A DNA stretch of 64,000 nucleotides from an uncultured Pelagibacteraceae bacterium (GTDB lineage: Bacteria > Pseudomonadota > Alphaproteobacteria > Pelagibacterales > Pelagibacteraceae): positions 33,543 through 97,542 of the forward strand of contig CACNRP010000001.1 of NCBI GenBank assembly GCA_902622955.1. The letters are read 5' to 3'. The notes under the pieces were generated by a model. That model was not told the origin of the DNA and did no database searches. It saw only the letters and a program-made list of their open reading frames with translations. A program made the translations under genes and the position numbers. Shown here in pieces: positions 48,655-58,958 of this stretch. Each line of letters opens with the position of its first letter. Position 1 is the first letter of the stretch.

Positions 48655-49106
48655 TGTTTCACGCAAAAATTGTAGATATTAAAGAAAAAAAAATTTCTTT
48701 ATCTGATGCGGAGAAATTTATCTCTTCAAACACTTATGGAGCTTCAATTTTTTTTACTGGAACTGTACGTAGCCAAAATAACGACAAAAATGTAGTTGGT
48801 ATCAGCTACGATAGTCATGACGCACTTGTCATAAAAAGTTTTCAAGAAATTTATGATGAGGCCGAGAAAAAATTAAATATTGACTCAAAATCAGTTTTTA
48901 TCGAACATGCAAAGGGTTATTTACATCTGGGTGAGATAAGTATTATTATAGCAGTTGCCTGTAAACACAGAGATGAGGCATATGTATTATCTAGATATAT
49001 AATCGAAGAAATAAAAAAAAGATCTCCAATATGGAAAAAAGAGCACTATATAAATAAAGAAACTTCTTGGCTAAAAGGAAACCCCATTATCAATGAAAAA
49101 AATTAA
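48654..49106 (+). CDS. moaE: Molybdopterin synthase catalytic subunit
   Basis: FTGTVR, HRDEA, PIWKKEHY. Confidence 0.93.
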   Translation: MFHAKIVDIKEKKISLSDAEKFISSNTYGASIFFTGTVRSQNNDKNVVGISYDSHDALVIKSFQEIYDEAEKKLNIDSKSVFIEHAKGYLHLGEISIIIAVACKHRDEAYVLSRYIIEEIKKRSPIWKKEHYINKETSWLKGNPIINEKN

Positions 49107-49998
49107 ATATTCAGAAATTACTCCAGAAAAAATTTATAAGAATAGAAGATCTTTTATAAAGTCACTAGGATTGGGAGCTAGTTCGTTAGCAATTTCATCT
49201 ATATCTTTTTTAAATAGTGCCTCAGCTAAAAATAGAGACGAATTAACGAGTTATAAAGATATAACGACTTATAATAATTATTATGAGTTTGGAACATCAA
49301 AGAGTGATCCTTATCGAAATTCTCAAATATTTAAGACAACACCATGGGAGATAGCTATTGAAGGTGAAGTTGAAAAAGCAATCAAATTATCTATGGAGGA
49401 GATCTCAGAAATGTTTGTTTCTGAAGAGAGAATATATAGATTAAGATGTGTTGAAGGTTGGTCAATGGTTATTCCATGGATGGGTTTTTCTCTAAGTAAA
49501 TTATTGTCAAAAGTTAATCCAACCAGCAAAGCAAAATTTGTTGAATTTGAGAGTATATATGATCCTACGCAAATGAAAGGTCAAAGATATCCTGTTTTAA
49601 ATTGGCCATACAATGAAGGTTTAAGACTTGATGAAGCGATGCATCCATTAACTACTGTTGTAACAGGTTTATATGGTAAAAAACTTCCAAATCAAAACGG
49701 GGCACCACTAAGAATTTTTATTCCATGGAAGTATGGGTTTAAAAGCGCAAAGGCAATTGTTAAAATAAAATTTGTTGAAAACATGCCAACTTCGTCGTGG
49801 ATGTGGGCTTCTCCTCGGGAATATGGTTTTTATTCAAATGTAAATCCAAATGTTGATCATCCAAGATGGTCACAAGCTACAGAAAGAATAATTGGAGAAG
49901 GTGTCTGGGCTCCTAGAGTAAAAACCTTAATGTTTAATGGTTATGGTGACGAGGTTGCAAATTTATACACTGGTATGGATCTAAAAAAATATTTTTAA
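49093..49998 (+). CDS. msrP: Protein-methionine-sulfoxide reductase catalytic subunit (YedY)
   Basis: EITPE, Tat motif NRRSFIK, YNNYYEFG, RCVEGWS, NQNGAPLR, PWKYGFKS, HPRWSQA. Confidence 0.95.
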   Translation: MKKIKYSEITPEKIYKNRRSFIKSLGLGASSLAISSISFLNSASAKNRDELTSYKDITTYNNYYEFGTSKSDPYRNSQIFKTTPWEIAIEGEVEKAIKLSMEEISEMFVSEERIYRLRCVEGWSMVIPWMGFSLSKLLSKVNPTSKAKFVEFESIYDPTQMKGQRYPVLNWPYNEGLRLDEAMHPLTTVVTGLYGKKLPNQNGAPLRIFIPWKYGFKSAKAIVKIKFVENMPTSSWMWASPREYGFYSNVNPNVDHPRWSQATERIIGEGVWAPRVKTLMFNGYGDEVANLYTGMDLKKYF

Positions 49999-50570
49999 TG
50001 ATAAAATATTTTAAGCAGGGTGTGTTTGTATTAAGTATTATTCCATTTGTACTAATAGTTTATAAAACTTTTTATAATAAACTAGGTCCTGAACCTGTTA
50101 AAGAAATTACGCATTTCACAGGAGAATGGACATTGATTTTCATTTGCCTAACTCTTGCAATGAGTCCATTGAAAAGATTTACCAATTTAAATTTTTGGAT
50201 AAAAATTAGACGAATGTTAGGATTATTTGTTTTTTTTTATGCTACCTTACATCTTTTTACTTATGTAGGAATAGATTACAGATTTGAGTGGCAGCCAATC
50301 CTGGATGATGTTGTTAAAAAAAAATATGTGTTTATAGGTTTTGCTGCTTGGTTATTATTAATACCTCTTGCAGCAACTTCATCACAAAAAATGATTAAAA
50401 TTTTAAAACAAAATTGGAAAAAATTACATAAATTGATCTATGTAATAGCAATATTTGGATCATTACACTACATTTGGCTTTCAAAAACTATTTTTTTTAA
50501 ACCTTTAATTTATTCTTTGATAATTATATTGCTTTTATTATTGAGAATAAGATTTAAGAAAACTACTTAG
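49998..50570 (+). CDS. msrQ: Methionine sulfoxide reductase heme-binding subunit (YedZ)
   Basis: HFTGEW, RRMLGL..FFYATLH, LAATS, WKKLHKLIY, LHY. Confidence 0.93.
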   Translation: MIKYFKQGVFVLSIIPFVLIVYKTFYNKLGPEPVKEITHFTGEWTLIFICLTLAMSPLKRFTNLNFWIKIRRMLGLFVFFYATLHLFTYVGIDYRFEWQPILDDVVKKKYVFIGFAAWLLLIPLAATSSQKMIKILKQNWKKLHKLIYVIAIFGSLHYIWLSKTIFFKPLIYSLIIILLLLLRIRFKKTT

Positions 50571-50916
50571 TCTCTGGGTCGTTATCTACCACTAAACAAA
50601 TTTCAGATTTTGTTAAAAATCTTTTGCCTGTTCCATTATCTAAGGAAAACATACCACCAATACCTTTAACAGCATCAATTGTAAGGTCTGTATGTTTCCA
50701 TTTTTCATACTGATCACCATTCATATAGAAAGGTACTCCGCCAATTTCCCCTAGTTTTACATCATTATCACCAAGAGGAAATTCACCCTCAGGAAAGCAC
50801 ATTGGGGCACTTCCATCACAACATCCTCCCGATTGATGAAACATTAATTTTTCTCCGTACTTATCTTGAAGCTCAGATAATAGATTTAACGCTGATTGTG
50901 TTGCAGATACTTTCAT
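50563..50916 (-). CDS. DUF779 family protein
   Basis: FHQSGGCCDGSAPMC, WKHT, G.GGMFSL; typical partner of AldB; start probably ATG 50916. Confidence 0.9.
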   Translation of the reverse strand: MKVSATQSALNLLSELQDKYGEKLMFHQSGGCCDGSAPMCFPEGEFPLGDNDVKLGEIGGVPFYMNGDQYEKWKHTDLTIDAVKGIGGMFSLDNGTGKRFLTKSEICLVVDNDPETK

Positions 50917-50972
50917 TTTTGATGTTCGGCCCATGACTTAGAATCATGGGCCATTATATATATTATTATCTT

Positions 50973-52712
50973 TTAAAAGAAGCCCAATTTTTGCTCAGCA
51001 TAAGAAACGTGAAGATTCTTATTCTGTCTATAATGATTAAGCATCATTTTATGAGTTTCTCTTCCTACACCAGATTGTTTGTAACCTCCAAATGGTGAGT
51101 GAGCTGGATATGCGTGATAACAATTTGTCCATACTATTCCAGCTTGTATTGCCCTACCCATTCTGTAAGCAATATTACCATTTCTTGTCCAAACACCCGC
51201 TCCTAAACCATAAAGAGTATCGTTAGCAATTTCTAATGCTTCCGCTTCATCTTTGAATTTGATTACGGATACAACTGGTCCAAAAATCTCTTCTTGAGAA
51301 ATTCTCATACTGTTTTTTGCCTCAAAAATAGTCGGCTGGATATAGTTACCTTTTTCTAAGCCACTATTTAATTTAGCTTCACTACCTCCAGTAAGAACTT
51401 TGGCACCTTCTTTCTTTCCAATATCTAAGAAAGATTTGATTTTCTCCATTTGCTCTACTGAAGCTTGAGCTCCAATCATTGTTTCCATTTTCAAAGGATT
51501 GTCTTGAACAACTGCTTTGGTTCTAGCTATACATTTTTCCATGAATTTATCGTAGATAGATTCTTGTACTAATGCTCTACTAGGGCAAGTACAAACCTCT
51601 CCTTGGTTAAGATTAAACATTACAAAACCTTCAACACATTTATCTAAAAAGTCATCATCTTTATCCATAATATCTTCAAAGAATATGTTTGGAGATTTTC
51701 CACCTAATTCCAAAGTTATTGGAATTATATTTTGAGCAGCATACTGCATGATTAATCTTCCAGTTGTTGTTTCACCTGTAAAAGCTACTTTAGCTACTCT
51801 TTTTGATGAAGCTAAAGGTTTACCTGCTTCTAATCCAAAACCACTTACTATATTTACAACACCAGGAGGCAATAAATCACCAATTAATTCCATCATCACC
51901 ATTATTGAAGCTGGTGTTTGTTCTGCTGGTTTTAGAACTGAACAGTTACCTGCTGCAAGTGCTGGTGCTAGTTTCCATGTTGCCATTAATAAAGGAAAAT
52001 TCCACGGAACTATTTGACCAACTACACCAAGTGGCTCAGGAATGTTGTAGGAATATTGAGAATTACTTATTTCAGCAACAGACCCCTCCTCTGCTCTAAT
52101 GACTCCGGCAAAATATCTCCAATGATCAATTACAAGAGCTAAATCAGCAGCCATACATTCTCTGATTGGCTTACCATTGTCTAGACATTCAGCAACAGCT
52201 AACATATCTTTATTTTCTTCGATTTTGTCAGCTATTTTATTTAATATATTTGATCTTGTTGTTATATCAGTTTTACCCCATTCTTTAAAAGCTGCATGAG
52301 CCGCATCTAATGCAGCTTCAACATCCTTTTCATTTGATCGTGCTACAGAACAGATAGTCTCGTTTGAAATTGGGCTTGGATTATCAAAATACTTACCTGA
52401 TAATGGCTCAACAAACTTTCCATTAATGTAGTTTCCATATTTTGCTTTAAATGGAAACTTAACATTTAAGTGAGATGTATCTAGCACTGAAGACACTTTC
52501 ATCGCTTCTGCACTCATATTTTTAACCCCTCTCTTTTTTGTTTTATTTTTTAGTTTATTACTTTTTCTAGACTTTTTTGAACGAATCTTAGTCGCAGACT
52601 TTTTTGTCTTAACTTTTTTTTTCGTTTTAGTTTTTTTTCTAGAAGATTTGACCAATTTAGATTTTTTTTTTTTGGTCTTTGGTTTTGCTATTTTCTTTCT
52701 TTTAATAGCCAT
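50973..52712 (-). CDS. aldB: Acetaldehyde dehydrogenase (AldB/ExaC family); internal start likely at 52517
   Basis: [60 protein letters not shown]. Confidence 0.93.
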   Translation of the reverse strand: MAIKRKKIAKPKTKKKKSKLVKSSRKKTKTKKKVKTKKSATKIRSKKSRKSNKLKNKTKKRGVKNMSAEAMKVSSVLDTSHLNVKFPFKAKYGNYINGKFVEPLSGKYFDNPSPISNETICSVARSNEKDVEAALDAAHAAFKEWGKTDITTRSNILNKIADKIEENKDMLAVAECLDNGKPIRECMAADLALVIDHWRYFAGVIRAEEGSVAEISNSQYSYNIPEPLGVVGQIVPWNFPLLMATWKLAPALAAGNCSVLKPAEQTPASIMVMMELIGDLLPPGVVNIVSGFGLEAGKPLASSKRVAKVAFTGETTTGRLIMQYAAQNIIPITLELGGKSPNIFFEDIMDKDDDFLDKCVEGFVMFNLNQGEVCTCPSRALVQESIYDKFMEKCIARTKAVVQDNPLKMETMIGAQASVEQMEKIKSFLDIGKKEGAKVLTGGSEAKLNSGLEKGNYIQPTIFEAKNSMRISQEEIFGPVVSVIKFKDEAEALEIANDTLYGLGAGVWTRNGNIAYRMGRAIQAGIVWTNCYHAYPAHSPFGGYKQSGVGRETHKMMLNHYRQNKNLHVSYAEQKLGFF

Positions 52713-52829
52713 TAATAATTAAACTAATAAAATCGTTTAAAGTCTATTTATAAAAATTATAATTTTCTACTTAGAAGTGTATCAATACTACATCTTGTGC
52801 TTCTCGTATTTGTGATTAATAGTTTATTA

Positions 52830-53075
52830 ATGAATGATAATCAAAAAAAAGAACTACAATCAGCAGCATTTGAGAGATTATTAAAACATTTGGACGAAAG
52901 AAAGGATGTTCAAAATATTGATTTAATGAACCTTGCAGGGTTTTGTAGAAATTGTTTATCAAGATGGTTTAGAGAGGAAGGTGAAAAAAAAGAGATAAAT
53001 ATATCAGACTCGGAAGCTAGAAAACATATTTATGGTATGCCTTACTCTGAATGGAAAGAAAAATATCAAAAATAA
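52830..53075 (+). CDS. DUF1244 family protein
   Basis: AAFERL..HL, DVQNIDLMNLAGFCRNCL, YGMPYSEWK. Confidence 0.9.
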   Translation: MNDNQKKELQSAAFERLLKHLDERKDVQNIDLMNLAGFCRNCLSRWFREEGEKKEINISDSEARKHIYGMPYSEWKEKYQK

Positions 53076-53576
53076 TTATTTTTCTTTTAATCTTGGAAAT
53101 AATTCCACAAAATTACAAGGTTTATGATTAATATCTAATTGGTGTTTTAAAATTCCATCCCATGCATCTGTTACACCGCCTGAGGATCCAGGTAATGCAA
53201 AAATATATTTTCCATTTGACAAAACTGCACACGCTCTTGATTGTATTGATGATGTACCTACTGTTTTTAAACTAATAGTTCTAAATACTTCTCCAAAACC
53301 TGGAATATGTTTATCTGCAATCTCGTTTAATGCTTCTGGTGTAATATCTCTACCCGTTAAACCTGTTCCCCCTGTAGTAATTATAACATCAATTTCTTTT
53401 TTATTAGTCCATTCTTTTAAAATTAAAACAATATCTTCTTTGTTATCTTTACATATTTTTCTATCAACTAAATTGTGATTAGACTCTTTAATTTTATTTT
53501 CTAGAATTGCTCCAGATTTATCATTATCAATTGTCCTGGTATCTGTTACAGTCAATAAAGCAATATTTACAATCAT
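53076..53576 (-). CDS. moaB: Molybdenum cofactor biosynthesis protein B (MPT adenylyltransferase family)
   Basis: LTVTDTR, DKSG, TTGGTGLTGRDITPEA, PGFGE, LPGS, PCNF. Confidence 0.93.
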   Translation of the reverse strand: MIVNIALLTVTDTRTIDNDKSGAILENKIKESNHNLVDRKICKDNKEDIVLILKEWTNKKEIDVIITTGGTGLTGRDITPEALNEIADKHIPGFGEVFRTISLKTVGTSSIQSRACAVLSNGKYIFALPGSSGGVTDAWDGILKHQLDINHKPCNFVELFPRLKEK

Positions 53577-53590
53577 AAAAAATTATTTAA

Positions 53591-54337
53591 ATGATTATAC
53601 TAATAATATTATTTTTTATAACAGCAATTTTATATTCAAGTATTGGTTTTGGAGGTGGCTCTACTTACCTTGCATTAATGTTAATTTGGGATATTCCATA
53701 CTATATTTTTCCTATAATTGCTCTTGTTTGTAATGTAATCGTAGTGTCTGGTAATTCTATAAATTTTATTAGATCTGGGCATATAAATATCAAACTACTC
53801 TGGCCATATTTAATAGGTTCAATTCCATTTGCTTTTATTGGAGGATCTATCTCATTAGACAAATCATTATTTGAGATAGTATTGTTTTTTGTTCTATTTC
53901 TTGCTGGTATCTTTTTATTATTAGAAAGTAAATCTTATGAAAAAAAGATTACCAAATTTAATTCGATAAAAAGATATATTTCTTTTCCTGTAGGTTCTGC
54001 TATAGGTTTCGTTTCAGGAATAGTAGGTATTGGTGGCGGTATATTTTTAAGCCCTCTTTTATTTTTAATTAAAGCTGGATATCCAAAACATATTACTAGT
54101 ACGGCTTCATTATTTATTTTAATAAATTCTATTTTTGGCATTATGGGCCACTTAACTAAAAAGCAAGTTTTTAATGAACTTTTAGATTTTTGGCCATTTT
54201 TTCTTGTAGTATTTTTTGGAGGCCAAATTGGCAGCTTTATGAATATTAAAATTTTCTCTAACAAAACTCTAGCTTTATTGACATCTTTTTTGGTAATTCT
54301 TGTAGCAATTAGGATGGGTTTTAAAATTTTAACATAA
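53591..54337 (+). CDS. Sulfite exporter TauE/SafE (TSUP) family protein
   Basis: YSSIGFGGGSTY, SGIVGIGGGIFLSP. Confidence 0.88.
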   Translation: MIILIILFFITAILYSSIGFGGGSTYLALMLIWDIPYYIFPIIALVCNVIVVSGNSINFIRSGHINIKLLWPYLIGSIPFAFIGGSISLDKSLFEIVLFFVLFLAGIFLLLESKSYEKKITKFNSIKRYISFPVGSAIGFVSGIVGIGGGIFLSPLLFLIKAGYPKHITSTASLFILINSIFGIMGHLTKKQVFNELLDFWPFFLVVFFGGQIGSFMNIKIFSNKTLALLTSFLVILVAIRMGFKILT

Positions 54338-54374
54338 TATTGATTAAATTTTTTTTTCATATAATTAAAATATA

Positions 54375-54965
54375 ATGAAGAACTTTAAACCGTTTGGCCC
54401 CTCAATTGGTAAAACCAAAATATCAAAAAAATTTTTCAATATAATAAATAAAGAATTTGATAAAAAATCAAGTATTCGAAAAATTGATTACAGTTCTATG
54501 TTGGCTAGCCAAATTAAAAATGAAATAAAAATTTCAAATAAATTTTTAAAAAAATTTTTAGAAAAAGAGCTAAGTATTAAAATTAAAAAATTTATTTCAA
54601 ATGAAAAAATAAATAATGTTAAAAAAATAAAGATTCTTAATCTATGGGTGGTTAGACAATTTAAAGGAGAATATAATCCAATTCATTATCATAATGGAGA
54701 TTTATCTGGAGTGGGCTATTTAAAACTGCCAAAAGGTATGACAATTAATAAGAATTTAAAAAATAAAAAATTAAAAACAAATGGAACAATCGATTTTATT
54801 AACGGTCAAAAAGCTTTTTTATCTAATAGCATTTATAATCTAAGGCCAAAAGTAAGGGATTTGATTATTTTTCCAAATTACTTAATGCATACGGCCTATC
54901 CTTTTAATATCAATGGTGAGAGAAGATCATTTTCATTTAATGCAAAGATATATTTCAAAAGATAA
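54375..54965 (+). CDS. Putative 2OG-Fe(II) oxygenase
   Basis: WVV..F.GEYNPIHYH..LSGVGYL, IFP.YLMH.AYPF, RRSFSFN. Confidence 0.8.
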   Translation: MKNFKPFGPSIGKTKISKKFFNIINKEFDKKSSIRKIDYSSMLASQIKNEIKISNKFLKKFLEKELSIKIKKFISNEKINNVKKIKILNLWVVRQFKGEYNPIHYHNGDLSGVGYLKLPKGMTINKNLKNKKLKTNGTIDFINGQKAFLSNSIYNLRPKVRDLIIFPNYLMHTAYPFNINGERRSFSFNAKIYFKR

Positions 54966-54973
54966 TAAAGTAT

Positions 54974-55876
54974 ATGGATTTAGATTTTTTTAAAAAATTA
55001 AGAATTTTAGATGGAGGTATGGGGCAAGAACTTCTTGCAAGAGGAATGGAGATCAATTCTACTCTTTGGAGTGCAAATGCTATTTTAAATAAAAAATATC
55101 ATCAATTAGTGGTTGATATCCACTCTGATTTTGTGAAAGCTGGTGCCGAGGTTATAGTTACAAATACATTTACTTGTCGAAAAAAAAGATTAAAGCAAAA
55201 TAATATTGAGGGTAAATTTCAAGAACTTAATAAAAAAGCAGGTGAATTAGCAGCAGAAGTAAAAAAAAAATATCCTCATATATTAGTTGCAGCTAGTCTG
55301 CCTCCTCAAAATTTAACTTATGAAGCCGATGATAGAGATGAAGAGGAAATCATTAGAGATTTTAACGATCAAGCAAAAATCTTAGATAAATACATAGATT
55401 TTTTTTATTTTGATGTATTGAGCAGTATTAAAGAAATAAAATCAGCTATTATAGCTGTAGCAGAGTTTAAAAAACCATATTTGATTGGAGCTCATATTTC
55501 TGAAGGTTCTACATTACCTAGTGGAGAAAAAATTTCTGATATTAAAGATATAATTGATGACAAAATACTTGGGGTAATACTAGCCTGTGTTTCTCCAGAA
55601 AATTTTGAGTTAAATATTAATGAATTAAAAAATTTAAAACTTCCTTTTGGATTTAAATTAAACGGATTTAAAACTACAAAAATTGAAGAGGGCTATACTT
55701 CAGCTTTTCTCAAACAAAAATCGAATCCTAATCAATTTCTTGGGAAAAGAGAGGACCTTACTCCTAAAAAAATATCAGACATTGCAAAAAAATTTAAAAA
55801 TGCTGGCGCTACTATAATTGGTGGATGTTGCGAAACTGGCCCATCACACATTTTCGCGATTTCCAAAATTAAATAA
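54974..55876 (+). CDS. Homocysteine S-methyltransferase family protein
   Basis: ILDGGMGQEL, WSA, AGAEVI.TNT, ACVSP, IIGGCCETGP.HI. Confidence 0.88.
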   Translation: MDLDFFKKLRILDGGMGQELLARGMEINSTLWSANAILNKKYHQLVVDIHSDFVKAGAEVIVTNTFTCRKKRLKQNNIEGKFQELNKKAGELAAEVKKKYPHILVAASLPPQNLTYEADDRDEEEIIRDFNDQAKILDKYIDFFYFDVLSSIKEIKSAIIAVAEFKKPYLIGAHISEGSTLPSGEKISDIKDIIDDKILGVILACVSPENFELNINELKNLKLPFGFKLNGFKTTKIEEGYTSAFLKQKSNPNQFLGKREDLTPKKISDIAKKFKNAGATIIGGCCETGPSHIFAISKIK

Positions 55877-56758
55877 TTTTTTTGAGTTATCTCCTCTTCT
55901 TACAAAATAAACACCAACACATACAGCAATTAAAGAAATCAGAACTTTAATTGTAATTAGCTCTTCTAGAAAAATATACCCTAATACTGTACCAAATATT
56001 GGTATCAAGTAAGATACTTGTGATTGAAAAATTAACCCATTATTTTTCAAAATTCTAAAACGTAATAGCCAGGCTATTCCTGTTGGAACAATTCCTAAAT
56101 AAATAACAGATATTAATGAATCTTTTCTAGGGATAGATTGCCATGGTTGCTCAATAAATGATACTAAAGGTATTAAAATAATAATTGCCCAAATTAAAAT
56201 AGATCCAGTTACATTTTCGTTCTTTTTTTTACTAATTTTTAATGTTAATACGCCTCCAATTACATAGCAGGTAGATCCTAATAATATTAATAAAGCAGAA
56301 ACAAAATTATTTTGATCAATCAAAATATTATCAGAAAATAAATAAACAATTCCTGAAAATCCAATAAGTATTCCAAATGTCTTAACTAAATTAAATTTTT
56401 CATTTTTTGTATAAAAATGTCCAAGCACAGTTGAACTTAATGGTGTAGTGGACATTAAAATTGCAGCTAGATTACTTTGAACTGATTTTACTCCATAAGC
56501 AATTAGAAAGAATGGTGCCACAAGATTAATGAATCCAATTATTGCAAACCAATGCCAATCTTTTGAAAAAGCCTCAATTTTTATATTTTTGTAATAACAA
56601 AGCAATAAAACAGGTATTGCACCAAAGAATACTCTCAGAAAAGCTATTGTAATTGGACCAAATGAATAAGTAGCTATTTTGATATTGAAAAATGCCGAAG
56701 CCCAAATTAATGCAAGTATAGTTAATAAAATATAATCAATTAATTTTGGTGTTTTCAT
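55844..56758 (-). CDS. DMT/EamA family transporter
   Basis: IWASAF, LRV, 10 TMs, YLIPIFG. Confidence 0.9.
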   Translation of the reverse strand: MKTPKLIDYILLTILALIWASAFFNIKIATYSFGPITIAFLRVFFGAIPVLLLCYYKNIKIEAFSKDWHWFAIIGFINLVAPFFLIAYGVKSVQSNLAAILMSTTPLSSTVLGHFYTKNEKFNLVKTFGILIGFSGIVYLFSDNILIDQNNFVSALLILLGSTCYVIGGVLTLKISKKKNENVTGSILIWAIIILIPLVSFIEQPWQSIPRKDSLISVIYLGIVPTGIAWLLRFRILKNNGLIFQSQVSYLIPIFGTVLGYIFLEELITIKVLISLIAVCVGVYFVRRGDNSKKLFNFGNRENV

Positions 56759-57237
56759 TCTGTAAATTCTTTAATTTCAGCTGATGTTAATAGTATAAGT
56801 TGATTAAAATCTATGCCAAAGACTGCATTAGGGTGACCTGCCGCAGCATATATTTTTGAGAATCTATTTAAATTATTATCTATAAAAATTTTTAATTTTG
56901 TTAAATGACCAATTGGTGCAACTCCTCCAATTGTATAACCTGTAACCTTTTTAACATCATCTGGGTTCGCCATAGAGACATCTTTTTCATTTAAAATTTT
57001 TTTTAATTTATTTAATGAACATCTTTTATCTCCAGAAACTAAGCATAAAACGAAATCTTCTCCTGCTTTAAAAAGTAAACTTTTAACAATAGCGCCTACT
57101 TTACAACCTAAGGCTGTAGCCGCATTATTTGCTGTTCTAGCAGTTTGCTTCAACACAATTACTTTAAGGTTGGGGTTAAATTGTTTTAATGATTTTTCTG
57201 CTCTTAATACTGGCTCTTTACTAAGTATTGTGTTCAT
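56755..57237 (-). CDS. YbaK/EbsC family aminoacyl-tRNA deacylase
   Basis: TA..AA, IVKSLLF, TGYTIGGVAP.GH, AAAG. Confidence 0.9.
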   Translation of the reverse strand: MNTILSKEPVLRAEKSLKQFNPNLKVIVLKQTARTANNAATALGCKVGAIVKSLLFKAGEDFVLCLVSGDKRCSLNKLKKILNEKDVSMANPDDVKKVTGYTIGGVAPIGHLTKLKIFIDNNLNRFSKIYAAAGHPNAVFGIDFNQLILLTSAEIKEFTE

Positions 57238-57373
57238 GAGTTAAGATAATTTATATTTTTAGTGATTAATTACACTACTTATGTGAAAATTGCATAGGTG
57301 TTATTTGTTAAATAAGCAATATTTTTAGGTATTTTTTTGTTAACTAACCACAAAGAATTATATAGGAGACAAA

Positions 57374-58780
57374 ATGAGTGTAGCAAAAGTTTTAAAGTTT
57401 ATAAAAGAAAAGGATGCAGAGTTTGTAGATTTAAGATTCACTGATCCTCGAGGAAAACTACAACATTTAACAATGGATGCTTCAATAGTTGATGAAGATA
57501 TGTTGAATGATGGTGTCTTTTTTGATGGTTCGTCAATTGCAGGATGGAAAGCAATTAATGAATCTGACATGATTTTAAAACCTGATACAGCAAGAATGTT
57601 CATGGATCCTTTCACGTCTCACAATACTGTTGTTTTGTTCTGCGATATTCTTGATGCTGTAAAAAAATCTCCATATGAAAGAGATCCTAGAGGTGTTGCT
57701 AAAAAAGCTGAGGAATATCTTAAAGCTTCTGGTATCGGAGATAAGGCTTTCTTTGGTCCTGAACCTGAGTTTTTTGTCTTTGATGATGTAAGAATTAAGA
57801 ATGATATGAATGAATGTGGATTTAAAATAGATAGTAAGGAAGGTCCATATAACTCTGGAAAAGAATACGAAAATGGAAACATGGGTCACAGGCCCCCGGT
57901 TAAAGGTGGTTATTTTCCAGTCCCACCAGTTGATAGTGAACAAGATATGCGTGGTGAGTATCTTAAAAATTTAAAGGAAGTGGGTATCAAAGTTGAAAAA
58001 CATCATCATGAAGTTGCTCCTAGTCAACATGAACTTGGAATGTACTTTGGAACGTTAGTAGATCAGGCTGATAACGTACAGCTATATAAATATGTTGTAC
58101 AAATGGTAACACATTCATTTGGAAAAACTGCAACATTTATGCCAAAACCAGTTGCTGGAGATAATGGATCAGGTATGCACATCCATCAATCGATTTGGAA
58201 AGGTGATAAACCAGTATTTTCAGGCGATGCATATGCTGGATTAAGTGAAACTGCCTTGCATTATATAGGGGGAATATTAAAACATGCTAAAGCAATTAAT
58301 GCGTTTGCTAACTCTACTACAAATAGTTATAAAAGATTAGTTCCAGGTTTTGAAGCTCCTGTTCTTCTTGCATATTCAGCAAGAAATAGATCTGCTTCTT
58401 GCAGAATACCAATTACTCTAAGTAAAAAAGGTGCAAGATGTGAAATAAGATTTCCAGATGCATCAGGAAACCCTTATTTGACTTTTGCAGCAATGCTTAT
58501 GGCAGGTCTTGATGGAGTTAAAAATAAAATTCATCCTGGTGAGTCTTTTGATAAAGACTTGTATGAATTACCACCAGAAGAAGTTAAAGCTATTCCAACA
58601 GTTTGTGGTTCTTTGAGAGAAGCAATGGAAAGTTTAGACAAAGATAGGGAATTTTTAACTCAAGGTGGAGTATTTACCGATGATCAGATAGATGCTTACA
58701 TTGCTTTAAAATTTGAAGAAATTCATAAATTTGAGCATGCACCTCATCCAATTGAGTTTGAGATGTACTACAGTAGTTAA
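57374..58780 (+). CDS. glnA: Glutamine synthetase type I
   Basis: [48 protein letters not shown] adenylylation site; SD AGGAG. Confidence 0.98.
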   Translation: MSVAKVLKFIKEKDAEFVDLRFTDPRGKLQHLTMDASIVDEDMLNDGVFFDGSSIAGWKAINESDMILKPDTARMFMDPFTSHNTVVLFCDILDAVKKSPYERDPRGVAKKAEEYLKASGIGDKAFFGPEPEFFVFDDVRIKNDMNECGFKIDSKEGPYNSGKEYENGNMGHRPPVKGGYFPVPPVDSEQDMRGEYLKNLKEVGIKVEKHHHEVAPSQHELGMYFGTLVDQADNVQLYKYVVQMVTHSFGKTATFMPKPVAGDNGSGMHIHQSIWKGDKPVFSGDAYAGLSETALHYIGGILKHAKAINAFANSTTNSYKRLVPGFEAPVLLAYSARNRSASCRIPITLSKKGARCEIRFPDASGNPYLTFAAMLMAGLDGVKNKIHPGESFDKDLYELPPEEVKAIPTVCGSLREAMESLDKDREFLTQGGVFTDDQIDAYIALKFEEIHKFEHAPHPIEFEMYYSS

Positions 58781-58787
58781 TAACTAA

Positions 58788-58958
58788 TTACTGCCTAGTT
58801 GTTGCAATTGTATCTTTGTTAACACCTTTTTTAACAACGTAATCTTGAGTGCCATTTGCTCCAGTTTCTACCTCTTTACGTAGATCTTTAAAGAATGTTT
58901 TTTCCTTTAAAGAATTCTTTAGGTTCTTAACAAGATTTTTAAACTCAAATTTGTTCAT
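58788..58958 (-). CDS. Small 56-aa protein (not in ORF track)
   Basis: Manual translation MNKFEFKNLVKNLKNSLKEKTFFKDLRKEVETGANGTQDYVVKKGVNKDTIATTRQ*; TATAAT 6 nt upstream; fills the glnA-sufA gap. Confidence 0.65.
   Translation of the reverse strand: MNKFEFKNLVKNLKNSLKEKTFFKDLRKEVETGANGTQDYVVKKGVNKDTIATTRQ

Noticed and set aside
57238-57373. Sigma54/NtrC or glutamine-riboswitch elements upstream of glnA
   Set aside because: No convincing TGGCAC-N5-TTGC or glnA-motif structure visible
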